Shown one piece after another: positions 47,421 to 57,555 of a stretch of DNA of 64,000 bases. This DNA comes from Giardia intestinalis. Lineage: Eukaryota. Position 1 is the stretch's first letter. Every line of letters begins with the position of its first letter. The translations under genes were made by a program, and so were the position numbers. The stretch lies in assembly GCA_000002435.2 (NCBI GenBank), contig CM018792.1, one strand, 5' to 3'. The notes beneath the pieces were generated by a model. That model worked only from the letters and a program-made list of their open reading frames with translations, had not been told where the DNA came from and ran no database searches.

Positions 47421-49718
47421 TTATTCAGATAACTTCTGCTCTATCGCAGCCTGCCGCACGTCATCATAAAATATTCTTACTTTCTTCCATGTGTCAAAGC
47501 GGGTGAACTCACAGTCGTTGAATAGCTCTGATAGATTGCACGTTTCCCATATTTCCTTGCAGTTCATGATACTATAGGGATAGCCCTGGTTGTAGCTAAG
47601 GTATGTGCGACGCTCAGCCGCGGTGTGTTGCTCATTTGTGTCCTCAGAAACCAAAATGTAAAAGTACGCGTTCTGGTCACCTGATTTCGGCCGTGATATC
47701 CTTCCCATTCGCTGGGCTTCTTGACGTCTGCTTCTTTCCTGCCAATCCAACTCGATAATTACATTGGCGTCAGGTAAGTCGAGGGATGTATCTCCAACGG
47801 ATGATAGCATGAGACAGCTGATCGTTCTGGTGGCAAACGCATTTACAAGGCACTCCCTCTCATCGTCACTGCAAGCGCCCATGATAAACGGGACATCGAA
47901 CATACGTGCGTACATCTTTGCCGCCATAATAGTATCGCAGAAGAGAAGCACTTGATCTCCCCGCCGGGTGTGGTACTCCTTCAGGTACCACGCAGTTTGG
48001 ACCTTGTACGGATTGAGGATCGTCAAGTACTTCATGTACGTCTTGCGTGTGATCATCACGTCGTTGACGCACACAGTAGTTCTGTCTTGATTGGTCGCCT
48101 GAGCTGTGTTTTGGTCTAGCCAGTCATCGTAAAAGATATGGTGCATTGGACAACGTATTTCAGCGCACTGCAATTTTGCGATAAAGCCGCGCTTTGCAAG
48201 ATCAGACCAGTTGGATTCGTAGAGCTTATTCCCGAGGAGATACAGATTTGTCATCTCGTCATCTTCTCGAAGAGGCGTCGCAGTGAGCCCTATTTTGCAG
48301 TATGACCGCAGGAAAAGATTTGCCTTGGTGTTAACATTGTCTGTAACAAACAAGGTCCTGTAGGTCTCTGCCATCACCTGATGCGCCTCATCAAACAAAA
48401 CAATCCCCCACATAAGTGAATGCACCTTGTTGAGCGTTTCTTTACTCTTAGCGCTCTTTGCATTAGTGAGCATCTGGTAGGTGCTTATGAATACGATATG
48501 GTACCCTGGGATAAACTCAGTCTCCTCGTCTTTGTTTGCCGAAAAAATATAGACACGATCGCTCTCGACTGTGGAGAATTGCAGAAACTGACTCTTCCAC
48601 TGTTTAGACGACAGATTTCCGTTAGTGACTACTATGCAGGAGTGCCCAAGACGACACGCACAAGCAACACCCAAGAGAGACTTTCCTGCGCCACATGGCA
48701 GAACGACTAACCCAGAATTACAGCGCTTAACGATCTGCGACGTGTCTAGCTGCACCTCAGATATGACTTTCTTTGAAGCATGGTCTTGGTAATCCCGTAG
48801 GTCGGTAGTGGGTTTTAGCTGTGCATTGATTTGAGGTGCTTTTACTTGGTATGCCTTTGCAAACTCCTCTTTGATCTTCTTAAGTTCGCACATTTCTGCC
48901 TCTGTATTGATCTCCGCGGCCATAAGAGACTGTAACCGCTGAACTTGCTCATTGCGAACGGCATCGATGCCCTCGTCAAGAAGAAGATATTCCTCTATGG
49001 TAATTAAAGAGCGCGTACCGCTCAGTGGGTCCCGCATTTCTTTTAGCTTCTTTCGAATACTAGTGAGTGCTTCGAGTGGAAAAAAGTATCGCTTCAATTT
49101 AGGAATGCTTGCGATCTTAAACGACTGTGTGTACCACAACGATTGGTCAGATTGCACACCTTGCTCGTGAGTCTTAAGCTCGCGTTTCTGCAGCTCCTCT
49201 GCAGTATCGTTCCGCTTTTTGCGCAGGAGCTCTTCGAAAAGCGTGTCAGCCACATTGTCAGAGGCATCCTCCAGAAGGTCCTTGATATCAGGGGTCAGGT
49301 CTAGGGTCTGGGGAACACGTAAAAGGAATCGGTTGCTGTCATAAATGGAAAAGCTAATGGTGCCTTGATTGTTAGCTAAGCGTCGCAGCGCAGAGAGAAG
49401 CGTGGGGGGAAGGCGGCGATACTTAGAGTAGTAGCCGAGCCGGATCTCTATCTCCGTTGCCGTGTATCCCAGAGAGAGACCTATGTGGAGTGACTCTTCT
49501 GTGATTCGATACTCGTGTACATAGGTCGGCCGTGTTTCGGCTTCTGCAAGGCTAACAAGGAAGTTGTAAGCCTCATCATACATCGGGGAAAACGTCTCCA
49601 AGAGTACAACATGATCGGCACTTAAAGCATTCGTTGAATAAGGAAAGACCGAAAGAGGCCTTTTGTGGTGATCGGGCTTTAGGTCTTCGAACGAGAGAGG
49701 AGCATCTTTGCTGCTCAT
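47421..49718 (-). CDS. XPB: TFIIH/NER helicase XPB (ERCC3/Ssl2), 765 aa
   Basis: Walker A LPCGAGKSL, DEAH box LFDEAHQV, GLTATPLREDDE, helicase C motifs. The ORF-track start is TTG; the ATG is at 49716-49718. Confidence 0.9.
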   Translation of the reverse strand: MSSKDAPLSFEDLKPDHHKRPLSVFPYSTNALSADHVVLLETFSPMYDEAYNFLVSLAEAETRPTYVHEYRITEESLHIGLSLGYTATEIEIRLGYYSKYRRLPPTLLSALRRLANNQGTISFSIYDSNRFLLRVPQTLDLTPDIKDLLEDASDNVADTLFEELLRKKRNDTAEELQKRELKTHEQGVQSDQSLWYTQSFKIASIPKLKRYFFPLEALTSIRKKLKEMRDPLSGTRSLITIEEYLLLDEGIDAVRNEQVQRLQSLMAAEINTEAEMCELKKIKEEFAKAYQVKAPQINAQLKPTTDLRDYQDHASKKVISEVQLDTSQIVKRCNSGLVVLPCGAGKSLLGVACACRLGHSCIVVTNGNLSSKQWKSQFLQFSTVESDRVYIFSANKDEETEFIPGYHIVFISTYQMLTNAKSAKSKETLNKVHSLMWGIVLFDEAHQVMAETYRTLFVTDNVNTKANLFLRSYCKIGLTATPLREDDEMTNLYLLGNKLYESNWSDLAKRGFIAKLQCAEIRCPMHHIFYDDWLDQNTAQATNQDRTTVCVNDVMITRKTYMKYLTILNPYKVQTAWYLKEYHTRRGDQVLLFCDTIMAAKMYARMFDVPFIMGACSDDERECLVNAFATRTISCLMLSSVGDTSLDLPDANVIIELDWQERSRRQEAQRMGRISRPKSGDQNAYFYILVSEDTNEQHTAAERRTYLSYNQGYPYSIMNCKEIWETCNLSELFNDCEFTRFDTWKKVRIFYDDVRQAAIEQKLSE

Positions 49719-49738
49719 CAAAAGCTTTTTAAAAAGAA
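49719..49738. promoter_or_regulatory. 20-bp AT-rich bidirectional initiator region between divergent XPB and Snu13
   Basis: The sequence aaaagctttttaaaaagaa lies between reverse-complement ATG 49716-49718 and ATG 49739-49741. Confidence 0.45.
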
Positions 49739-50107
49739 ATGCAAATTGACCCCAGAGCCATTCCGTTTGCCAATGAAGAGCTGTCGCTAGAGCTTTTGAA
49801 TTTAGTAAAGCACGGGGCTAGCTTACAGGCAATAAAGCGTGGGGCCAATGAGGCGTTAAAACAGGTGAATAGAGGAAAGGCAGAGCTTGTAATCATCGCT
49901 GCCGATGCAGATCCCATTGAAATAGTTTTGCACTTACCACTTGCATGTGAAGATAAGGGGGTACCATATGTTTTTATCGGGTCAAAGAACGCGCTTGGAC
50001 GTGCCTGCAATGTATCTGTCCCTACCATAGTGGCCAGCATTGGTAAGCACGATGCTCTCGGCAATGTGGTGGCAGAGATAGTAGGGAAAGTGGAGGCACT
50101 GGTATGA
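49739..50107 (+). CDS. Snu13/NHP2-like protein (L7Ae family, 15.5K), 122 aa
   Basis: LQAIKRGANEALKQVNRGKAELVIIAADADPIEIVLHLPLACEDKGVPYVFIGSKNALGRAC closely matches human NHP2L1. Confidence 0.9.
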   Translation: MQIDPRAIPFANEELSLELLNLVKHGASLQAIKRGANEALKQVNRGKAELVIIAADADPIEIVLHLPLACEDKGVPYVFIGSKNALGRACNVSVPTIVASIGKHDALGNVVAEIVGKVEALV

Positions 50108-50146
50108 CGGGAGTGCGTTTACAGTGCAAGCATCACTAGTAAATGC

Positions 50147-53100
50147 TCACCGGTACATGCTACACACTACTAGTATTTGGAGTGCACTATATACGAAGGC
50201 TAGGTTCTGCAGGCATGCATTTCTAGACAAGTCGGCTTCCAAATTCTTAAGGCCGAGACAAGCTGCGACATGCCGGCCAGAAAGCCCAGACGCCAACAAT
50301 CCGTTAATTCTATCGATGAGGTCACGAAAAGGCACGTCCTTTAAAGAGATCACTTCGCCGTGTTGAGAATTAGGAACTGAGACCGTTGATGAGTCCGGAA
50401 TGCCTTGCTTAGCTACGATGACTGCTATCTTCGGGAACGAACCACACGTGGCTTTCAGGCTGTCGAAGAAGGAGCAAACTCCGCCCGGAAGTAACCTGAG
50501 TAGAGTGACGCAGGATGGATGAAGACCTATGGCCCGAACCATGAGTTCAAGAAGCTCCTGCTGATCAGCTGTTAAATCTGTAGCTGTATTGGCATCATTA
50601 CTACGTAAATATGCCACAGGGTCAACGTATTCTAAACTTAAACCTAATAGCTCAAAGAGGTTCTCTGGCAAGTAGGCTAAGATATCTTCCAAAATACGTG
50701 TGGATAGAAGCTGATGAAAAATGGGGTATTGAAGACACATCTCCAGGTACAGCTTGTTCGAAAAGGTGTGGCAGATTGATGCCCCTGTGCACGCTATCAA
50801 CAGAAGCAATAAATCACCAGCCGGAAGATGTGATAAAAAGCACTGTACTAGCAGCGCAAATGAGATTGCGACAGGTGTATAGTCAGCGTCCTCCAAACCT
50901 ACGACGTAGCGGGCCTGACCTAATTCAGAAATAGCAGTCAACAGAAGAGACAGCTCATGTGGAAGGTAAAAGCCAGGAAAGAGTAGACACTTCAATGACA
51001 GGCTTTGCTGCTGGTGAAACGCAAGCAGGGTAGGGTCAACGAAATTGAGGTTCCACTGTGGCGCAGGATAGGGTTGTGAACACTGGGCAAAGTGTTTGAA
51101 AACAAACGAGGGAAGATCAGCCTTATGTAATGACTGGAGGGAGTCCAAGACTACGGCAAGACTCAGGATATCGTCGCTTGCAACAGGATGGTCCTCGTTA
51201 CTTGGGAAAGAGCTTGGTGTAACACTGTTCTCCTCTAAAGTGGTGCTGCCTACATCGTCTCGGCGGCTCTCTATTTTAGAGTCTACCTCCTCCGCAGTAT
51301 TATCTGAGGAATGCTGCATGATTAGGTCTCCACCAAAGACATAAGGTTCTTCTTGGATATCTCTAGGCAACACAGACGCATCTTTCTTGGAGGGAGATTT
51401 AGCCCAAAGGGGAGAGAAATCCAAGGTTGAAAGGTCTGCATCAAAAAGAGTTATCAATCGTAGCATAAGGGCGCGCAGAACTGCGCTTCTTACACAGTCC
51501 TTGAATGTAAAGTCAACAGCAACTGGAAGCAAGCTCTGTGAAAAGAGGTCTAGTATGCCAAGTGAGCACGACTTGTATGTGCGCTGGACACGAAGCTCTA
51601 GCTCGTCTGCCAGCCGATTGGATTCAGCAATGTACTTGCGTATGTATGCAAAGTCAATTGAGTTAAAAAGCTGATTGTTATGAAGATACTTGTCTGGGAG
51701 GACTTTTGAGGTGAGTATTTTCTCTATTACTGATATGTTCCCGTGAGCACGACATATAACCATGTTGTACACTACACGATAAAGAAGATAGATGGCGAGA
51801 TTTTCTTCGCGGATGGGATCTAGAGTATAAATGCTTTTGTGTCGCAGATAGATGCATGTCCATGACTGCTGTACTTCCTTGAGAACTGACCACCTTGAAG
51901 AAATGTCTTCAAGGGGTACACTGTCTTTATTTGCTGGGGCTGATTGTGCCTGTGATATGCGATAAGCAAAGCGAGCAGAGGCTTTATTGGAACCATCAAG
52001 GGGGAGGGGTAGAGGAACGATCAAGGTCTTGGCAGCACTTACTGCATAAATACAGGATTCCACATCATGTGGTCCTGCTGTCTGTTTATAGAACTTAACG
52101 TCAGGTAGCAAGCTCTGCAAATATTTCACAACATAAGGGAGGTCTGAAGAAGGGATACTCTTTGAAATAATTGGCTTTGTAGAGTCTTGTTCATATGCAC
52201 GTAAAAGAACTGTTAGATTATAAAAGTAGAATATGACAGGGTGAGAGCTGTGTAAGATATGCACGAGCTGATCAAGCTTGCGTGTCGGGACTCCTCTTTG
52301 AATGGCCCACTGTGCCTCTTCGCGCATAAATTGGGTGTAGAAAATCTGGAGTGTGCGTGTAAGGATGAGCTTAGTAAGGTCTTGAGCATTTTTTGCAGCC
52401 TCCGGTGAAATTACTGCATCTTCCTCGAAGACGGAATCTAATTCAAAAGTGTCCACACAATCTTTGTAATTCATATGCGTGATAAAGAACATATCCAAGA
52501 CATCTACCTTTAGTTGACCCGATGCTAAAAACCTAGCAAAACTGTCAACTACAAGAAGGAACATACGCCATGACGGGGTGTGAGACAAGCGTGCCGTCAT
52601 TCTCGAGAATGTTGTCGACGGGTCTGACATCAGTGGTTCTGGGGTATTAACGTACAGTTGATAGTCAGCGATAACCCGTAAATACACCATGAAAGATATA
52701 GCTATGTGCAAGAGCAACTTAACCAGTACTTTGGAGTGTGCTGGTAGGCGAGAAAGCACGCCGCGAACAATCAACGTTGAAAAATACCTGCTGGCATTTG
52801 CTGGAATAGCTAGAGGCTGAGATTGGGGAGATTGCTTAAAATAAATCTTTTCTTTAAAGATCTCTAGATTGAAGATGTCATTTAGTTGAGCTTCGAAGAT
52901 ATCATCTAGCTGCTCGGGACTCTTGTTCTGGCAGTTGCTGACCTCTTTCAGACACTGCTCATAGAATTGCATGAATCTATTATAGATTGCAGAATAGACC
53001 AGCCCCTTGTTAACGTCTCGAACTATTATATAATCCAGTACATGCCTTATGAGGATGTATATCGACTGGTCCCAGTGGAGGCCTGGAGCCGAGGATGGAC

Positions 53101-54721
53101 TTAAAAACGTTAACATCTCATAAGGAACATATGAATATGCGCATGTTCTCCTCTTCGTTGCAGTAGAAGAAGGTTGTGGGCCCACTAAATAGATGCTTTC
53201 AAGGAGCACTCGAATGAAGATGACTTCCGACGAGAGAGGGAGGATGGAGCGTTGCACAACAGTTAGCTGTGTCTGTAGGTCGCGTCCTATTATGTTCTTA
53301 ACAGGCGGAAAGGCCTCAATGACATCTTTGTACGGGCTTTGATTGATGAATGGATTCTTCTCTAGGAATTCTAACAGCTCGTGGGTCATGACAGCGTCGG
53401 CAGCTGCTCCGCGCCAATAGTAACCGGAAATCATAACAATGTTAGTATCCCTCTCTGCTTCTGCTTCTGCTTCTGCCGCTTCCTCAACCTCTGTTTCTGC
53501 CCTCAGTCTTACTTCAGTTCCCAGATCAGTAGTCACGCAGTTGGTAAGACACAGAGCTGCGTAGTCCTCAAGCGTAAGCGGTGATAGTGTCGCCAACGTA
53601 GGAGATGACCAGTCAGCAATGGAGGAATACTCATTGAAAATGCCCGAACTAAGAAACCAGATAAAGAGGGGATGTATAGACGTGTGTAGCTCATCGATGG
53701 GTGGCACAGAAAATGTGATATTCTGTATCATGTACATAATTAGCTTAGAGAAGAGGGCGTCGACATTCGAGGCACGGATTGTTGAAAGCTGGCCAGTCTG
53801 AAGCGAACTGAGTGGTAAGGTGGGGGGTAGACTAAAGAGCCAGTCCAAATATGCTAGCGATAGAATAAATTCATCTCCAATGGAGCACACAGGTTGAGCA
53901 TCGAGAACGGCCATCTCCGCTGACAGAAAGAGTCTGTTGAGCTCTGTATGAGAATTAGAGCGTAGAATGCTTTTCTGGATAAATGGTAATAGCTTTTCGG
54001 TTAGGTTATCAAGTAGATTTCTGCCCGAGTTGATACGTGAAAACAAATCCATCACAAAGCTCTTCTCTTTTGGCCTTTTGGACACAGGTAGTTCTTCCAG
54101 TGCTTTTTCAATGATATAAACCTCATAAATTTCCTGATAAAGGGGAAGCATGTGGCCCATATCACGGAGAGACTTAACTCCTTTCAGATTGATGTGGAGA
54201 TCTTCCTCGTAAAGCACACTTAAGACATCATCTGATCGCACACTGTATAAGAAATCTTTGTGAGACTTTGGGAGCCTCTTATAGTAGGTGAGGAGTAGCT
54301 TTTCTGAATAGTAGAAGGTGCCCCAGTCAGAAAGCTCACCAGAGGGGGTCCCCAATTCATTAGTTTGGAGCATCATGCCATCATCGAAATGCGCATTTAT
54401 CGGTGAAAACTCTGGCTTTTCTCCGCCAACAACTGTCCTCATCAGATGTTTAAACCATTTTCTAAATGATATCTCGTACATGGTGTCACTAGTTAAGGAA
54501 CGCATGGGGAGCTTCATATCCGTATCATGAAGATGCTGAGATCCACTAAGAACAGATTTGTCCAGTTCAACTAGGTTATTAAAAATGAGGTCGGCTGCAA
54601 TCTTTTTTAGCTTGGGGCTTGGCAACCTATCTACTTGCTCTGGTTCTGATGCTACTATATTGAGCTGAGGGTTATCTAAGGGAGTACTAGAGGGCACAGC
54701 TATCGGGGAGTCTGGGTTCAT
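50147..54721 (-). CDS. Large hypothetical protein, 1524 aa
   Basis: Uninterrupted ATG ORF. Helical repeat-like. No motif recognised. Confidence 0.65.
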   Translation of the reverse strand: MNPDSPIAVPSSTPLDNPQLNIVASEPEQVDRLPSPKLKKIAADLIFNNLVELDKSVLSGSQHLHDTDMKLPMRSLTSDTMYEISFRKWFKHLMRTVVGGEKPEFSPINAHFDDGMMLQTNELGTPSGELSDWGTFYYSEKLLLTYYKRLPKSHKDFLYSVRSDDVLSVLYEEDLHINLKGVKSLRDMGHMLPLYQEIYEVYIIEKALEELPVSKRPKEKSFVMDLFSRINSGRNLLDNLTEKLLPFIQKSILRSNSHTELNRLFLSAEMAVLDAQPVCSIGDEFILSLAYLDWLFSLPPTLPLSSLQTGQLSTIRASNVDALFSKLIMYMIQNITFSVPPIDELHTSIHPLFIWFLSSGIFNEYSSIADWSSPTLATLSPLTLEDYAALCLTNCVTTDLGTEVRLRAETEVEEAAEAEAEAERDTNIVMISGYYWRGAAADAVMTHELLEFLEKNPFINQSPYKDVIEAFPPVKNIIGRDLQTQLTVVQRSILPLSSEVIFIRVLLESIYLVGPQPSSTATKRRTCAYSYVPYEMLTFLSPSSAPGLHWDQSIYILIRHVLDYIIVRDVNKGLVYSAIYNRFMQFYEQCLKEVSNCQNKSPEQLDDIFEAQLNDIFNLEIFKEKIYFKQSPQSQPLAIPANASRYFSTLIVRGVLSRLPAHSKVLVKLLLHIAISFMVYLRVIADYQLYVNTPEPLMSDPSTTFSRMTARLSHTPSWRMFLLVVDSFARFLASGQLKVDVLDMFFITHMNYKDCVDTFELDSVFEEDAVISPEAAKNAQDLTKLILTRTLQIFYTQFMREEAQWAIQRGVPTRKLDQLVHILHSSHPVIFYFYNLTVLLRAYEQDSTKPIISKSIPSSDLPYVVKYLQSLLPDVKFYKQTAGPHDVESCIYAVSAAKTLIVPLPLPLDGSNKASARFAYRISQAQSAPANKDSVPLEDISSRWSVLKEVQQSWTCIYLRHKSIYTLDPIREENLAIYLLYRVVYNMVICRAHGNISVIEKILTSKVLPDKYLHNNQLFNSIDFAYIRKYIAESNRLADELELRVQRTYKSCSLGILDLFSQSLLPVAVDFTFKDCVRSAVLRALMLRLITLFDADLSTLDFSPLWAKSPSKKDASVLPRDIQEEPYVFGGDLIMQHSSDNTAEEVDSKIESRRDDVGSTTLEENSVTPSSFPSNEDHPVASDDILSLAVVLDSLQSLHKADLPSFVFKHFAQCSQPYPAPQWNLNFVDPTLLAFHQQQSLSLKCLLFPGFYLPHELSLLLTAISELGQARYVVGLEDADYTPVAISFALLVQCFLSHLPAGDLLLLLIACTGASICHTFSNKLYLEMCLQYPIFHQLLSTRILEDILAYLPENLFELLGLSLEYVDPVAYLRSNDANTATDLTADQQELLELMVRAIGLHPSCVTLLRLLPGGVCSFFDSLKATCGSFPKIAVIVAKQGIPDSSTVSVPNSQHGEVISLKDVPFRDLIDRINGLLASGLSGRHVAACLGLKNLEADLSRNACLQNLAFVYSALQILVVCSMYR

Positions 54722-54727
54722 TTTTTG

Positions 54728-55237
54728 ATGGGCACCTTTGATACTTGCTACGGAGACTTACTGGACTATGCTGCCAAGGGATGTTTTGATGTGATTGTTC
54801 ACGGGTGCAATTGCTTCTGTACAATGGGCGGTGGAATCGCAGCCTCTATTAGTTCCCGCTTTCCGGCTGCACTGAAGGCCGACAGTGAGACTGCTGAGGG
54901 GGATAGGAGCAAGCTGGGATCATATACTTCGGCCACCGTTGCTATAGGCTCCACAACAAAGACAAATCGAATGGCTCTTACCGTCGTGAATGCTTATACG
55001 CAATACATGTACAGGCCAACCAGAGAAACGCCCATTCCATGCGACTATGATGCAATTGATAAGGTAATGGCGCGCATCAATCAAGATTTTGCCGGAAAGT
55101 CCATCGGTCTACCACAGTTAGGGGCAGGGCTCGCGGGTGGCGACTGGAAGACAATTGAGGAAATTATTAGGAAGCGATTGCATTCCTGTCACATAACTAT
55201 TGTGTTGTTTAAAGCGTCGCAGACGCCCTCTGAGTGA
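54728..55237 (+). CDS. Macro-domain protein (ADP-ribose binding / O-acetyl-ADP-ribose deacetylase-like), 169 aa
   Basis: YGDLL...FDVIVHGCNCFCTMGGGIAASI...IGLPQLGAGLAGGDW matches macro-domain signature glycine motifs. The ORF-track start is TTG; the ATG is at 54728. Confidence 0.75.
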   Translation: MGTFDTCYGDLLDYAAKGCFDVIVHGCNCFCTMGGGIAASISSRFPAALKADSETAEGDRSKLGSYTSATVAIGSTTKTNRMALTVVNAYTQYMYRPTRETPIPCDYDAIDKVMARINQDFAGKSIGLPQLGAGLAGGDWKTIEEIIRKRLHSCHITIVLFKASQTPSE

Positions 55238-55304
55238 ACTTCTGCTGAGTTTCTGGTTTGAAGAATTCAAAAAGTTTAGCTTTGATCGGTACTTGTACTT
55301 TCCA

Positions 55305-57353
55305 ATGGGCAACCTTACTCTCGATGACTGGTTCGATGCAGTTACCAATGCAGATATCTTCAAGATCAATGTCATGTTTGGTAAGTACGCTTGTAGCCGT
55401 GACGCTAATGGAGACACTGCACTTCTGCGGGCTGTCCGGGCAGGAAATGAGACGCTTGTGAAACTATTGTTAGCAAAGGAGGGTGAGATGGTCGATAAGA
55501 ACGGCTTTGGCGCTTTACTTTTGGCTGCGCAGCTGGACCGCGCCCGCATAGCGATTCTTTTAGCGAAAGTAATACCTGACCAGACAACACCGGATGGGAT
55601 GAATGCGTTAATGGTTGCTGCAGCCAATTCATCCATGAACACTGCTCAGGCCATTCTGCCGCATTTCGCCAACGTAGCAGATGACAATGGTTTGTTTGCC
55701 GTGAACCACGCAGTATCATCCGGCTCTCTGGAGATGGTTAAGCTTATCTGCAAGCGGTTTCCCCCAGCAGGTGATGCTCTACACAGAGCACTTAATCTTG
55801 CACGTACAGCGGCATACATTGAAATTACACACTACTTAGAAGGATTTGTACAATCAAGTACAGCCTCGTCTATCGGCCCCAGTGTTTGCTTGTCATCTAG
55901 CAATGTCTCAATGCCATTTGGGACCGTTATCAACGGGGTATATGATGCAAGTCAACCCAGTGTAATTAATGATATGAGAGACCAGTTGAATCACATGAAC
56001 GTCAGCATTTCCAGACTTGCCGAGCCGAACTCTGTCTCAGAAAGCTCTCTACTATCCACTCTTCTTCTCTCGACTGGTGGTGCACCCGTGGATGCGTGGG
56101 CCTCTCTCAACACTGCTCCACAGTTTCTGGATGCACTCACTGGCGCAGCTGTGCTTACCACTGATAATGGGACAGTCATAACAGCGGGGGAGCTCTTAAA
56201 GGAGCTAAATTCACTGCATATGGAGCTCGAAAAAAAGGACCTGGCACTAGCACGACAGGGTATGGAGGTAGAGTCTCTACGAGAGCAGCTTAATCAACTT
56301 GCGACCAAAACGGGGTCCGCTGACCTTTCAGAGTTTTTGTCGCACTTTGACCAGAGACTTTTTCAGGAGTCTGCTGAAGGAACGCTTCCATTGTCAACTG
56401 AACAAGAACTTTTATCGGAACTGAAGCAGCACATTAATAGTCTTGCAGTGTCAGCTGACTCATTGGCCTTGAAGTACGTATCAACTAAGCTTCCGGGTCA
56501 TATGAAGGAAGAATCCAATCAGGAGCTTGATAAAGATATGCACGAGCTCAACCAGCACACAGCAGAAGCCTTAGAGGCCATCGATATGTTGCAGTGTAGT
56601 CCTGGTTCCAGACACGGTAGCTCCCTGCTTGGTATCGATGGAACTTGTCTTAGAGCCTCCGGGCTTACACCTCTCATGCGAGCAGTTATTTCTGGTAAAG
56701 ATCTCGACCCGATAAAAATGCAAGAGTTTGCAGGAAAGGTCACTAGCGACGGAACCACTGCACTCATGCTTGCCGTGCAGTGTGGCAACATAGGCGCTGT
56801 GACAGCGTTAGCTTCCTTAGAAGCAGGCATGGTGCGTGCAGATAAAAAGACTGCTCTGGCGTTAGCTATTCAGAATGACTTCTATGAAGCAATCAAAATA
56901 CTTCTGCCTTTGGAAGGCATAGACATTTCGCAAAACAATGTAATAGCGACTGATAACCAGAAGAATCCACTGACGCTTGCTGCAGAGCAAGGGGACATTA
57001 TAGCAGTCTATTGCTATCGAAGCCTATTCGCTCGTCTGCACGATGAGTATGGTCAGACAGCTCTCATGCATGCAGCCAGTGTCGGAGAAGAGAGGGTAAT
57101 AGATTTGCTTATTGACTATGAGTGCGGAATGCAGACACCAGAGGGCATCACTGCACTGATGTTAGCTGCTCAGCGCGGGCACATCGGCTGTGTCGAAAGG
57201 CTTCTTCCGCATGAGCGTAATTTGCGTGACAATAATGGTAATACTGCTTTACACTACGCCACGAAGTTGGCTCAGTATGACAGGACAGACGCTGAGCTAC
57301 ACAGTTCCTTAGTGAGTCTCCTGAGCGAGAATACTGATTCCACCGTAAATTAG
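55305..57353 (+). CDS. Ankyrin-repeat protein (Giardia protein 21.1-like), 682 aa from first ATG
   Basis: Repeated GDTALLRAVRAGNETLVKLLL / TALMLAAQRGHIGCVERLL ankyrin units. The ORF-track start at 55200 is TTG; the first ATG is at 55305. Confidence 0.8.
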   Translation: MGNLTLDDWFDAVTNADIFKINVMFGKYACSRDANGDTALLRAVRAGNETLVKLLLAKEGEMVDKNGFGALLLAAQLDRARIAILLAKVIPDQTTPDGMNALMVAAANSSMNTAQAILPHFANVADDNGLFAVNHAVSSGSLEMVKLICKRFPPAGDALHRALNLARTAAYIEITHYLEGFVQSSTASSIGPSVCLSSSNVSMPFGTVINGVYDASQPSVINDMRDQLNHMNVSISRLAEPNSVSESSLLSTLLLSTGGAPVDAWASLNTAPQFLDALTGAAVLTTDNGTVITAGELLKELNSLHMELEKKDLALARQGMEVESLREQLNQLATKTGSADLSEFLSHFDQRLFQESAEGTLPLSTEQELLSELKQHINSLAVSADSLALKYVSTKLPGHMKEESNQELDKDMHELNQHTAEALEAIDMLQCSPGSRHGSSLLGIDGTCLRASGLTPLMRAVISGKDLDPIKMQEFAGKVTSDGTTALMLAVQCGNIGAVTALASLEAGMVRADKKTALALAIQNDFYEAIKILLPLEGIDISQNNVIATDNQKNPLTLAAEQGDIIAVYCYRSLFARLHDEYGQTALMHAASVGEERVIDLLIDYECGMQTPEGITALMLAAQRGHIGCVERLLPHERNLRDNNGNTALHYATKLAQYDRTDAELHSSLVSLLSENTDSTVN

Positions 57354-57555
57354 CGACATCACTTGCATTTTCACATTCATGTAAACTGTCCTAGGTAGTG
57401 AAGGAAGAAGTTCGCATGGACGGTAGCTAGGACTATGTGCTGAGGGGTCTGACTACTCAGGGTGCTTTTCTGATCCTCTCGTCCATCAACGATGCGGCAG
57501 CCACCCTTCCTACCCTTTGCTTCCCGAGAGAAAATTCAAAAATACAACAATTCGC

